Below are positions 9,612 to 18,684 of a stretch of DNA of 64,000 nt, piece after piece. The notes beneath the pieces were generated by a model, which worked only from the letters and a program-made list of their open reading frames with translations, did not search any database and was not told the DNA's origin. Numbering within the stretch: position 1 is the stretch's first letter; each line of letters starts with the position of its first letter. Origin of the DNA: Ignavibacteriota bacterium (GTDB lineage: Bacteria; Bacteroidota; Ignavibacteria; UBA10030; UBA6906); assembly GCA_003158475.1 (NCBI GenBank), contig PMJR01000103.1, positions 9,538 to 73,537 on the forward strand. The letters are read 5' to 3'. The translations under genes and the position numbers were made by a program.

Positions 9612-10892
9612 ATGATTCGGGAAGCGAGAACATCAGGTCCCCTCGCCGGGCGGATGCGCGTCCCCGGCTCCAAGAGCCTCACCAACCGGGCGCTGGTGTG
9701 TGCGTCACTGGCCGGAGGAAACTCCGTGCTCACGAATGCCTCGGAGAGCGACGACACCGCACTCCTGGCGAACGGTCTCAACCAGCTCGGCATTCTCGTG
9801 CACCGGAGGGAGTCTGTGCTTGAAGTAGAGGGGAGAGGAGGCGTCCTTCATGCGCCGAAATTCCCGATCCCCTCGGGAAACGCCGGGACCACACTCCGGT
9901 TCCTCCTCTCGCTCGGAGTCCTGGCCTCCGGGACCACGGTGATCGAAACGAGCGGGAGGATGGCAGAACGTCCGAACGACGACATACTCGACGCCTTGAA
10001 AGGGATGGGAGTGCCGGTGAAACACGACTCAGGGTCGACCCGTTTCGAGGTCACCGGGACGGGCCTGCCGGGGGGTGAGATTCCGGTCAGGAGCGACAGG
10101 AGCTCACAGTTCCTCTCGTCACTTCTGATGGTCGCCCCGTATGCCCGGACCCGGTGCACCGTCATGCCATCCGGGACGGTTGCCTCCGCGCACTACATCC
10201 GCCTCACAGTCGAGGTGATGGAGAAGTTCGGCGTACAGGTGCGGAGTGAAGGAGGGGAGCGGTTCTCGGTCGACGCGCCTCTGCACTACAGTCCCGCAGT
10301 GTTCGCAGCGGAAAGCGATGCTTCCTGCGCCACATATCCGTTCGCCGCCGCTGCAATTGCCGGGGGAGAGGTCTTCGTCCCCGGAGTCCTCCCTTCGTCG
10401 CATCAACCCGACGCCGGTTTCCCGGAGGTCCTCCGCATGATGGGATGCCGCGTGGAGACCAGGGAAGGTGGGACGCTCGTCTCCCGGGGGGGGACGCTCC
10501 GGGGGACCGACGTCACGATGAACGGGATGCCGGACGCCGTCCCCGCGCTCGTTGCCGTCGCGCTCTTCGCCGATGGTGAGACTAGGATCCGGGGTATCGG
10601 GCATCTCCGGTTCAAGGAATCGAACAGGATTGAAGGGTATGCAGGGGAGCTCAGGAAGCTCGGAGGGGGGATCGGGGTTGAGGGGGACGTCATGACCGTC
10701 AGGCAGGCGCGACTGCACGGGGCGCTTCTCGAGACCCATGACGACCACAGACTTGCGATGAGTTTCGCAGTTGTCGGCCTTCGCGTTCCCGGCGTGAGGA
10801 TCGAAGACCCGGGGTGCGTCCGGAAGTCATACCCCTTGTTCTGGGAAGAACTGGAACGGCTGTTGGAACAGAGCGGTCAATCAGGACGATAA
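9612..10892 (+). CDS. aroA: 3-phosphoshikimate 1-carboxyvinyltransferase (EPSP synthase)
   Basis: Motifs VPGSKSLTNRAL, NAGTTLRFL, LRFKESNRI and DHRLAMSFAV. Confidence 0.9.
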   Translation: MIREARTSGPLAGRMRVPGSKSLTNRALVCASLAGGNSVLTNASESDDTALLANGLNQLGILVHRRESVLEVEGRGGVLHAPKFPIPSGNAGTTLRFLLSLGVLASGTTVIETSGRMAERPNDDILDALKGMGVPVKHDSGSTRFEVTGTGLPGGEIPVRSDRSSQFLSSLLMVAPYARTRCTVMPSGTVASAHYIRLTVEVMEKFGVQVRSEGGERFSVDAPLHYSPAVFAAESDASCATYPFAAAAIAGGEVFVPGVLPSSHQPDAGFPEVLRMMGCRVETREGGTLVSRGGTLRGTDVTMNGMPDAVPALVAVALFADGETRIRGIGHLRFKESNRIEGYAGELRKLGGGIGVEGDVMTVRQARLHGALLETHDDHRLAMSFAVVGLRVPGVRIEDPGCVRKSYPLFWEELERLLEQSGQSGR

Positions 10893-10895
10893 CCT

Positions 10896-12242
10896 ATGGC
10901 GGGAAACACGTTCGGCTCGCACGTTCGCATCACGACATTCGGCGAAAGTCACGGGCGCGCGATCGGTGCGGTCATCGACGGCGTGCGCCCCGGCCTTCCC
11001 ATCGACATCGACTTCATACAGCACGAACTGGACCGCAGGCGTCCGGGGCAGAGCGCTGTGACGACGTCACGGTCGGAGGCCGACAGAGTCGAGATCCTCA
11101 GCGGGGTCTTCGAAGGAAAGACCACAGGCACCCCTGTCTGCATGCTGATCTGGAACAGGGACCAGAAGCCTCAGGCATACGAGAAGATCAGGGATATGTT
11201 CAGGCCCGGGCATGCAGGCTACACCTACCTTGCGAAATTCGGTGTCAACGATTACCGCGGCGGGGGGAGATCGTCGGGGAGGGAGACCGCGGCGAGAGTG
11301 GCCGCGGGCGCCTTCGCGAAAAAACTCCTTGCCTTGCGGGGGATCGACGTCTTCGCCTACACGCTCGAAGCAGGGGGGATACGCGCGAAGAGATTCGTAC
11401 GGGACCAGATCGAAAGGAACCCTCTCCGCACTCCCGACCCGGCGGCCGCACGGAAGATGGAGAGGCTCATACTGAAGATGAAAAAGGAAGGGGACTCGGT
11501 CGGGGGAATCGTCGAAGTGGTCGTGAGGAACCCCCCGGCCGGACTCGGGGACCCGGTTTTCGACAAGCTGGAGGCGGACCTCGCGAAGGCGCTCATGTCC
11601 ATCGGCGCGATCAAGGGGTTCGAGCTGGGGAACGGGTTCGCCGCGGCGCGGCTCCGGGGGAGCCGGAACAACGACCCGATGTATCTCGAGCGGAAGACCG
11701 GACGGGTGCGGACGCGCTCCAACAATGCCGGCGGAATTGCGGGGGGAATCTCCAACGGGGAAGACATAGTCGTGCGGATCGCGGTCAAGCCCCCCTCTTC
11801 CATACGGAAAGAACAGGAGACCGTCACCGTTGACGGGAAAGCCGCGACGATATCGGTGGAGGGGAGACACGATCCGTGCATCTGCCCGCGTGTAGTCCCT
11901 GTGGCGGAATCCATGGTCGCGCTGACAATAATCGATCATCTCATGCGGCAGAGGCTCCTTGCCTCAAGGAGCCGGCTGGACGACCTGCGCGACACGATAG
12001 ACCTGATCGACCGGAACATGCTCCTGCTGCTGGCCGAGCGCCAGGGACTCGTGCGCCAGATCGGCGCGATCAAACGGAGGCGCGGGAAACTCGTCCGCGA
12101 CAGGGGGCGTGAGAGGAGCGTTCTGCGGACACAGCGCGCGGGCGCGCGCGATCTCGGCCTCGACGAGGAGATGATCGAAAGGATATTCCTGGATGTCTTC
12201 GGACTGGCGCGGGCCTCACAGAGAGTGATCGTCGGGAAATGA
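10896..12242 (+). CDS. aroC: Chorismate synthase fused to a C-terminal AroQ-type chorismate mutase domain
   Basis: aa 1-~360 are AroC (TFGESHG, RRPGQS, GGGRSSGRETAARV, GRHDPC). aa ~365-448 (nt ~11985-12239) carry an AroQ CM helix pattern (LDDLRDTIDLIDRNMLLLLAERQGLVRQIGAIK...RERSVL). No stop codon separates the two parts. Confidence 0.85.
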   Translation: MAGNTFGSHVRITTFGESHGRAIGAVIDGVRPGLPIDIDFIQHELDRRRPGQSAVTTSRSEADRVEILSGVFEGKTTGTPVCMLIWNRDQKPQAYEKIRDMFRPGHAGYTYLAKFGVNDYRGGGRSSGRETAARVAAGAFAKKLLALRGIDVFAYTLEAGGIRAKRFVRDQIERNPLRTPDPAAARKMERLILKMKKEGDSVGGIVEVVVRNPPAGLGDPVFDKLEADLAKALMSIGAIKGFELGNGFAAARLRGSRNNDPMYLERKTGRVRTRSNNAGGIAGGISNGEDIVVRIAVKPPSSIRKEQETVTVDGKAATISVEGRHDPCICPRVVPVAESMVALTIIDHLMRQRLLASRSRLDDLRDTIDLIDRNMLLLLAERQGLVRQIGAIKRRRGKLVRDRGRERSVLRTQRAGARDLGLDEEMIERIFLDVFGLARASQRVIVGK

Positions 12243-12979
12243 AGGGCGACCTCGGCCTGATCGGTTACGGCCGCTTCGGCAGGCTCGCGGCGCGCTACTG
12301 CGCCCGTGAGGCCGAGGTGCATGTCTATGATCCACGCGTTCGGGTCAGAGGCGGCGGGGGGATACGCCGCGCCACGCTTCGGGAAGCGGCGTCACAACCG
12401 GTGGTGGTCCTCGCGGTCCCCATCTCGGAACTTCGCGGAGTGCTCCGCTCCATCCGGACGCTCGTCCGTCCCGGGGGACTCGTCATCGATGTCTGTTCGG
12501 TCAAGGTGATCCCCCTCGGCCTGATGAAACGGATACTCCCTTCCTCCGTGTCGATCGTCGGGATGCACCCGCTGTTCGGCCCGGACAGTGACACGGGTGT
12601 GCTCAGGGGACAGAGGGTCGTCGTCTCCCCGTCGCGGGATGGGGGACGATGGATGGGGAGGATCCGCCGGCTCGCGAGATCGAACGGGGTGCGTCTCTCC
12701 GTGATGAGGCCGGCAGCGCACGACCGCCTGATGGCGGAGACACTCCTCCTCACACAGTACATGGGTCGTCTCCTGCAGGGAACGGGGATCCCGGCGAGGG
12801 CCTGGTCGACTCCTTCCTACGGCAACCTGAAGCTCCTCGTCCGGACCGCCCTGCGCGACTCGGAACAGCTCTTCCTGGATATGTGGCGCTACAATCCTTA
12901 CGGCCCCCGGACGGCGCGCGCCCTCCTCAGGTCACACCGCGCCCTCCAGAGGAAGACGGGGAAGCAGATTGATATTTAA
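12239..12979 (+). CDS. tyrA: Prephenate/arogenate dehydrogenase
   Basis: ATGA overlap with aroC-CM. N-terminal Rossmann motif LIGYGRFG. MHPLFGP motif typical of TyrA. Confidence 0.8.
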   Translation: MKGDLGLIGYGRFGRLAARYCAREAEVHVYDPRVRVRGGGGIRRATLREAASQPVVVLAVPISELRGVLRSIRTLVRPGGLVIDVCSVKVIPLGLMKRILPSSVSIVGMHPLFGPDSDTGVLRGQRVVVSPSRDGGRWMGRIRRLARSNGVRLSVMRPAAHDRLMAETLLLTQYMGRLLQGTGIPARAWSTPSYGNLKLLVRTALRDSEQLFLDMWRYNPYGPRTARALLRSHRALQRKTGKQIDI

Positions 12980-12986
12980 GGAATTA

Positions 12987-13016
12987 TTGGACTTATTTAC
13001 AGGCTGTGTCCATATT
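12987..13016 (+). promoter_or_regulatory. sigma70-type promoter candidate (TTGGAC-N18-CATATT) for the ABC operon
   Basis: Lies in an AT-richer intergenic patch right after tyrA. It matches consensus less well than the other promoters listed. Confidence 0.35.
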
Positions 13017-13041
13017 CACGCCACATTCACGAAGGAGATGC

Positions 13042-13758
13042 GTGAGCCCGACGGTCCAGATTCGCAATGTCACAAAGAAATTCGGTTCCTTCGTGGCGGT
13101 TGACAACCTGGACCTGTCGATCGGCAAAGGGGAATTCTTCGGATTCCTGGGCCCGAACGGGGCGGGGAAGACGACCACGATCAAAATGATCACCGGGCTC
13201 TACGCGCCGACGTCCGGTTCCTGCCTGATCAACGGGTATGACGTTCACACGGATCCGGTTCCCGCCAAACGGTCCCTCGGCTATGTCCCCGACCAGCCGT
13301 TCTTGTACGAGAAGCTCACCGGGCGTGAATTCCTGTTTTTCGTCTGCGGCCTCTTCAATATGCCCATTGCCGTGGTGAAGGAAAAGATCGATGAATACAT
13401 CGACATTTTCGAGATCGGCGATTTCATCGACAAGCGGGGGGAGGAGTATTCACAGGGAATGAGGCAGCGGATCGTCCTGTCCGCCGCGCTGATCCACGAT
13501 CCGGGCGTGCTCATCATCGACGAGCCGCTTGTCGGCCTTGATCCCCGCAGCTCGCGCCTGGTGAAGGACGTGCTCAAGCGGAGGACAACCGAGGGGCTGA
13601 CGATCTTCATGTCGACGCACCTCCTGGAGATCGTGGAGGAGCTGTGCGACCGGATTGCGATCATCAAAGAGGGACGGATCATCTACGAAGAAACCCAGAG
13701 CGCCGCGCGAAGGTCGAATGGCCAACTGGAGACCATGTTCCTGGAATTGACGAAATGA
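13042..13758 (+). CDS. ABC transporter ATP-binding protein
   Basis: Walker A GPNGAGKTT, signature YSQGMRQR, Walker B LIIDEP. GTG 13042 is preferred because AAGGAGA sits 5 nt upstream; the ORF track starts at GTG 13006. Confidence 0.9.
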   Translation: MSPTVQIRNVTKKFGSFVAVDNLDLSIGKGEFFGFLGPNGAGKTTTIKMITGLYAPTSGSCLINGYDVHTDPVPAKRSLGYVPDQPFLYEKLTGREFLFFVCGLFNMPIAVVKEKIDEYIDIFEIGDFIDKRGEEYSQGMRQRIVLSAALIHDPGVLIIDEPLVGLDPRSSRLVKDVLKRRTTEGLTIFMSTHLLEIVEELCDRIAIIKEGRIIYEETQSAARRSNGQLETMFLELTK

Positions 13759-13765
13759 CCAACGG

Positions 13766-15457
13766 ATGCCACAGTTTATTCTCATCCTGAACGTCAAGGC
13801 CAGCGCGTTCATCAAGAACGTCACGGACTTCCGCCCGCAAAGCGTTCTCAAGAACCTGTCTTCCGTCCTGATATTCGGCGGCGTGGCGCTCGGCGTGTTC
13901 CTCCTCTCGCGCGCGGCGACAGGATACCTCCTCCAGCAGGCGCACATCGGCCTCTTCCTGTTCCACAGGTTCCTCTCGATGCTCCTCTACGTTTTTTTCA
14001 TCACCGTCAACCTGGGCAACATGATCGTCTGCTACGCGACGCTGTATAAGTCGGAGGAAGTGACGTTCCTTATGGGCCTGCCGGTGCCGCACCACACGAT
14101 ATTCGCCGTCAAGTTCATAGACAATTTTTTCTACAGCTCCAGCACGCTCCTTCTTCTCGGACTGGCCCTCCTCCTGGGGTACGGGTCGTACTTCGGAATG
14201 TCCGCCTGGTTCTATTTCTTCACATTTGCGGCCGTGCTCCTCCCCTTCATGCTGACGGCGGGAGTTTTTGCCGTTATCATGCTGATGCTCCTCATCGGGG
14301 TTGCCTCGCGCGTCGGCATCCGGTGGCTCCTGTCCGGTATCATGATCGTGTATCTCTCGGCGATCTATCTTTATTTTTCAGCTGTCAATCCGGTGGTTCT
14401 GGTACAGGAGGTGATGAAACACTATCCCGACGTCAATGCGTACTTCGGCTACCTTGACCCCCCGTTTGTGCGGTACCTTCCGAACCACTGGGTATCGGAA
14501 TTCCTCTACTGGACCGTCAACGGGGAACCTGCTCGTGCGAGCTGGCACCTCCTGACCCTCTTCTGCATACTCGCGACGCTCATGCTGACGGCGTGGATCG
14601 TTGCGCGCATGTACTACTATAAGAGCTGGGTGAACGCCTCGGAAGCGCGCTCTCCCGTCGCCGGCCGTCCCCGGTTCCTCCAGGTCCGTTTCATGGAGTT
14701 CGGGCGCGAGGGGATACTCGCGCGCCCCTCTGACGTAGTACTCAGGCGGGATTTCTGGGGTTTTTTCCGTGAGCCGAGCCAGTGGCTCCACCTCCTGCTG
14801 ATGTTTGTCCTCCTCCTTGTCTTCCTGGTCTCGATCAGCTCTCTCGACTTGAGGCTGACACAGCCGTTTCTCCAGACGATTTCATATCTCGTGGTCTTCC
14901 TGTTTGACGGGTTCCTCATAGCCTCGATATCCCTCAGGTTCGTTTTCCCCGCGTTGAGCCTCGAGGGGGACGCTTTCTGGTGCATTCGTTCCGCCCCGGT
15001 GAGCCTCCGGAGGCTTTACCTGCAGAAATTCATCGGGTCGTTTCTCCTTATCGTGACGACGGCGGAGATCCTCTCGGTGGCGTCGACCTCGATGCTCCGC
15101 GATTCCCCCGTCCTCGTCCTTGTCGGTGCACTCTGCACGGCGTTCGTTGCCCTGGGACTCACATCCCTGAATCTCGGCGCGGGAGCGTATTTTGCGACAT
15201 TCCGGGAGAAGAACCCGATACGCATCGCTTCCTCACAGGGGGCTTCCCTGACCTTCCTCGCCGGGATGGTGTACCTGGGAGCAGTCGTGGCCTTACTTGT
15301 AGTTCCCCTGAACCGGTATTTTGAGATCCTGATAATCCGGGGGACGACATCGGCGGGCTGGCTTGCGATCCCGCTTGTTGCCGTGGGGATCCTGACGTCC
15401 ATTGTCTTTGCCGGTTCGACGGGAGTCGGGCTGGCGACCCTCCGCAGGGACTTCTGA
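13766..15457 (+). CDS. Large polytopic membrane protein, putative ABC-exporter permease partner
   Basis: 563 aa with many hydrophobic spans. It starts 7 nt after the ATPase gene. I see no motif that assigns a substrate. Confidence 0.6.
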   Translation: MPQFILILNVKASAFIKNVTDFRPQSVLKNLSSVLIFGGVALGVFLLSRAATGYLLQQAHIGLFLFHRFLSMLLYVFFITVNLGNMIVCYATLYKSEEVTFLMGLPVPHHTIFAVKFIDNFFYSSSTLLLLGLALLLGYGSYFGMSAWFYFFTFAAVLLPFMLTAGVFAVIMLMLLIGVASRVGIRWLLSGIMIVYLSAIYLYFSAVNPVVLVQEVMKHYPDVNAYFGYLDPPFVRYLPNHWVSEFLYWTVNGEPARASWHLLTLFCILATLMLTAWIVARMYYYKSWVNASEARSPVAGRPRFLQVRFMEFGREGILARPSDVVLRRDFWGFFREPSQWLHLLLMFVLLLVFLVSISSLDLRLTQPFLQTISYLVVFLFDGFLIASISLRFVFPALSLEGDAFWCIRSAPVSLRRLYLQKFIGSFLLIVTTAEILSVASTSMLRDSPVLVLVGALCTAFVALGLTSLNLGAGAYFATFREKNPIRIASSQGASLTFLAGMVYLGAVVALLVVPLNRYFEILIIRGTTSAGWLAIPLVAVGILTSIVFAGSTGVGLATLRRDF

Positions 15458-15542
15458 ATTCTCTCTGCAGTCTCTGCGGATAGCGATCCAACGCAGTGCC
15501 CGACGCACTGCGACTGAACTGTCAACTCAACGCTGCCGCCCT

Positions 15543-17576
15543 ATGATTCTATCCCTTCGGTGGGTGACGTTCTTCACCGGACTGCTCATCGCATGTGTCC
15601 CGGCCGCCGGCCAGGTCCGCCTTGAATTCTCGGGTAAAAACGAGGTGATATTCCGGGAGGCTGTTGCGCGCTACGATTCCGGGTTCGCACGTGAGGCCCT
15701 CGTCGGGTTCGACAGGTGCATCACGGAATTCCCCTCGGGGCACCGCATCACCGCTGCATTCGTCATGAAGGGGAAAGCCCTCTACCTGCTGGGTGAGAAC
15801 CTTGACGCCGCGAAAACCATGAAGTCGTTCCTCTCACGCTTCCCCTCGAGCAGCTACGTGCCCGACGCCGAACTCACGCTTGGCCTCATCTACCTGAAGA
15901 TCGATCGTCCCGAGGAGGCAATGGAGATGCTCCTGGCCGCGTCACGCACCCGGAAGCCGACTTCCCCCCCGCTGCTGGCCCGGAAGATCGAAGAGGCGAT
16001 GGACTCCACGGTCGATACGCGCCTCGGGCCGGCTCAGCTCAGGAGGTTCCTGACACTGGCGGTGACCCCCGCCGAACGATCGTACTTCTGGCTCAAGATC
16101 GCCCAGCGGGAGGCGTCTGCCGGCAACATCGTCGCCTCCGTGATCGCGCTGGATTCTCTCGCGGGGCGTTACCCGGAAAACCGCTTCGCCCGACAGGAAG
16201 CAGAGCTTCGTGCCCGCATTATTGCCCGGAGCAATGTGAAGCTGGGGGTGCTCCTCCCTCTCATGAGAAAGGGGGAACTGTCGCCGGCCGGCGGGGTCGG
16301 GAACGAAGTGTACGAGGGGGTGCAGTTTGCTGTCGAGAGGTTCGGACTCGGTCCGGGGCGCCATATAACGGTGACGCTTGAGACCAGGGATACGGAACGG
16401 GACCCCGGCCTCGCCACGAGGGGTGCACGGGAACTTGCCGACGACAAGGATGTGGTGGGTGTCCTTGGCCCCGTTTTTTCGCCCGAAGTGACCTCCGCAG
16501 CGGCGGTCGCCAATGCGCGCGGCGTCCCGCTGGTGACCCCGACGGCGAACGCGAACGGGATCGCGGCGACAGGGAGGTATGTGTTCCAGACAAACCCTGA
16601 CTACGATGCGCGGGGGCGGGCGATGGCCCGCTATGCCGTCCAGCAACGCGGGTTTCGCACACTTGCCGTCCTTGCTCCGTCGGATACCTATGCGAAATTC
16701 CTCGCCGAGGCGTTTCTCCGGGAAGCGGCGAGGCTCGGCGCGCGCGTCCTGAGCATGCAGTGGTACCAGCGAGGAACATCCGATCTGAAGCCCCAGCTCG
16801 CCTCAATCAGGCGCGCCGGGATGCTGGATGGTGCCGACGCGAAACTCTCTTTTGGCGGGAAGGTCAGGCCGTCCACGCTCATGAAATTCGCCGGTCTGGG
16901 TGTCCCGCTCAAGCGGCTCGACTCGCTCATGAACAGGGCCAGCGTCATCAGCGCGCGGCAGCTCCTCGGGTCCAGGGCGCGTGCGCTCCTGGATTCGATG
17001 GAGATCCCTGTCGTCTACGATGAATCAAAGGTGGACAGCCTCGAGTATCCCGTAGAGAGCATCGATGCGATCTATGTACCGATCAGCGGTGCGGAAGAGA
17101 TCGGGATCGTTTCGTCCCAGATCGTCTACTTTCATTTTCAAACGCAGGTCCTCGGTTCGGGGGAGTGGAACAGCTTTGCCGAACTGAACGCGAACAGGCG
17201 ATACGCGGAAGGGGTCGTGTTCGAGTCGGACACGTTTATCGACACCGCGGGGGGGGCGTACGCATCGTTTGCCGCGGGCTTCGCCGCCCGCTTCAGGAAA
17301 AAGCCGACCAAGAACACGCTCTTCGGATACGATACGGCCGACATGATGCTCCGGCTGATCGGCGAGGGCGCTGCGACGCGCGAGACACTGGAGAAAGCCC
17401 TGGCGGGGCTCCGCGACTACCGGGGGTTCCATTCCAGAATCGCCCTCGGCGCCGACCGGGTCAACGGCGCCCTGACCGTGCTCCGCTACGAACAGGATGA
17501 GATCCGGGAAGTCGGGGAGGTCAATGCCGGCTCAGGGGAGGAGGGGGGGGTACAGGAAGGTGGCGGGAAGCGCTGA
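15543..17576 (+). CDS. Exported TPR-domain + type-1 periplasmic-binding-fold (LivK/Peripla_BP_6-like) protein
   Basis: Start moved to ATG 15543, giving the signal peptide MILSLRWVTFFTGLLIACVPAAGQ. The N-terminal ~250 aa are TPR/BamD-YbgF-like. The C-terminal ~400 aa begin KLGVLLPLMRKG... and resemble a Leu/Ile/Val-binding-protein fold. Confidence 0.65.
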   Translation: MILSLRWVTFFTGLLIACVPAAGQVRLEFSGKNEVIFREAVARYDSGFAREALVGFDRCITEFPSGHRITAAFVMKGKALYLLGENLDAAKTMKSFLSRFPSSSYVPDAELTLGLIYLKIDRPEEAMEMLLAASRTRKPTSPPLLARKIEEAMDSTVDTRLGPAQLRRFLTLAVTPAERSYFWLKIAQREASAGNIVASVIALDSLAGRYPENRFARQEAELRARIIARSNVKLGVLLPLMRKGELSPAGGVGNEVYEGVQFAVERFGLGPGRHITVTLETRDTERDPGLATRGARELADDKDVVGVLGPVFSPEVTSAAAVANARGVPLVTPTANANGIAATGRYVFQTNPDYDARGRAMARYAVQQRGFRTLAVLAPSDTYAKFLAEAFLREAARLGARVLSMQWYQRGTSDLKPQLASIRRAGMLDGADAKLSFGGKVRPSTLMKFAGLGVPLKRLDSLMNRASVISARQLLGSRARALLDSMEIPVVYDESKVDSLEYPVESIDAIYVPISGAEEIGIVSSQIVYFHFQTQVLGSGEWNSFAELNANRRYAEGVVFESDTFIDTAGGAYASFAAGFAARFRKKPTKNTLFGYDTADMMLRLIGEGAATRETLEKALAGLRDYRGFHSRIALGADRVNGALTVLRYEQDEIREVGEVNAGSGEEGGVQEGGGKR

Positions 17577-17592
17577 TCAGATCAAAGAACGT

Positions 17593-18282
17593 GTGGCCCT
17601 GCGCGGTGCAATCCGCACGTGGCCGAGAGGGGAACGTCCGCGGGAGAAGCTCCTGCGGAACGGCGCCCAGACGATGAGCGACGCCGAGCTCCTTGCGATC
17701 CTGATCCGTACGGGGAACCGGGCGCAGACTGCGCTCGATCTGGCGTCCGGTATGCTCCAGGGGGGAAGGGGGTTGGCCGGACTGGCACGGCGCAATGCCC
17801 GCGAGTTGATGCGCGTGGAAGGGATCGGTGAGGCGAAAGCGCTCGGGATACTCGCTGCCTTCGAGCTCGGGCGCCGCCTGCAGGCGGACAGCGGAGGAAG
17901 ACGGACGCCGCTTCGGACGCCCGAAGACGCCGCACGGCTCGTCATCCCGCGGCTGCGCGACCTGACGCACGAAGTGTTTGCGGTCCTGGTTCTCGACACG
18001 CAAAACGTAGTCCTTGCCACCGTCGAGCTGTCACACGGGACGCTCAACGCGAGCCTGGTGCATCCGCGCGAGGTTTTCAAGGCGGCGATCGACCACGTAG
18101 GCGCCGCCGTGCTTGTCGTTCACAACCACCCGAGCGGGAACCCCGAACCGAGCGGGGAGGATATCGCGATAACGCACCAGCTCGCCGAGGCGGGGAAGAT
18201 CCTGGGGATACCGTTGCACGACCATCTGATCGTCGGTGGAAACGGTTACGTGAGCCTTGCAGAGCGGGGGCAGATCTTTTGA
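17593..18282 (+). CDS. radC: RadC-family JAB/MPN domain protein
   Basis: Motifs ERPREKLL, LSDAELLAILIRTG and HNHPSGNPEPSGEDI. GTG 17593 is chosen by distance to the conserved N-terminus; ATG 17497 or 17524 are possible. Confidence 0.85.
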   Translation: MALRGAIRTWPRGERPREKLLRNGAQTMSDAELLAILIRTGNRAQTALDLASGMLQGGRGLAGLARRNARELMRVEGIGEAKALGILAAFELGRRLQADSGGRRTPLRTPEDAARLVIPRLRDLTHEVFAVLVLDTQNVVLATVELSHGTLNASLVHPREVFKAAIDHVGAAVLVVHNHPSGNPEPSGEDIAITHQLAEAGKILGIPLHDHLIVGGNGYVSLAERGQIF

Positions 18283-18286
18283 TCTA

Positions 18287-18315
18287 TTGACAAAACGGAC
18301 TTTTTTATGTATTGT
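18287..18315 (+). promoter_or_regulatory. sigma70-type promoter candidate (TTGACA-N17-TATTGT)
   Basis: TTGACA at 18287-18292 and TATTGT at 18310-18315, immediately after the radC stop and upstream of the small lipoprotein gene. Confidence 0.5.
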
Positions 18316-18383
18316 AACCCATGTTTCGCACCGCGGATCGTACAGGCTTTCCCTTACACCCATCACTCTCAGGAGGGGTTCCA

Positions 18384-18653
18384 ATGCAAAAGCTCAACAG
18401 GACGGTCACCGCGCGAGCGCTGGCTATCCTCTTTGCGGGCTCAGTCGTTCTTGTCGGTTGCTCGTCAAGTCCTGATGATGCACAGATGAAGCAACTGAAC
18501 GACCTCAAGGAGGAAGTCTCGGCGCTGCAGAAGGATGTGGCGGCCAAGGAAGATCAGAAGGGCGCTCTCGACAAGCAGATCGCAGAAAAGAACGCGAAGC
18601 TGAAGAAATGTAACGACGATCAGGCGATCGTGAAGCAGCGGCTGGCAAAGTAA
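18384..18653 (+). CDS. Small coiled-coil lipoprotein, Braun-lipoprotein (Lpp/OprI)-like
   Basis: AGGAGG lies 7 nt upstream of ATG 18384. Signal peptide with lipobox LVG|C. The 64-aa mature part starts CSSS, is heptad-rich and charged, and ends in ...KQRLAK (C-terminal Lys). Confidence 0.7.
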   Translation: MQKLNRTVTARALAILFAGSVVLVGCSSSPDDAQMKQLNDLKEEVSALQKDVAAKEDQKGALDKQIAEKNAKLKKCNDDQAIVKQRLAK

Positions 18654-18684
18654 ACGCACGAACAACGACCAGGAGTCTCACCCC

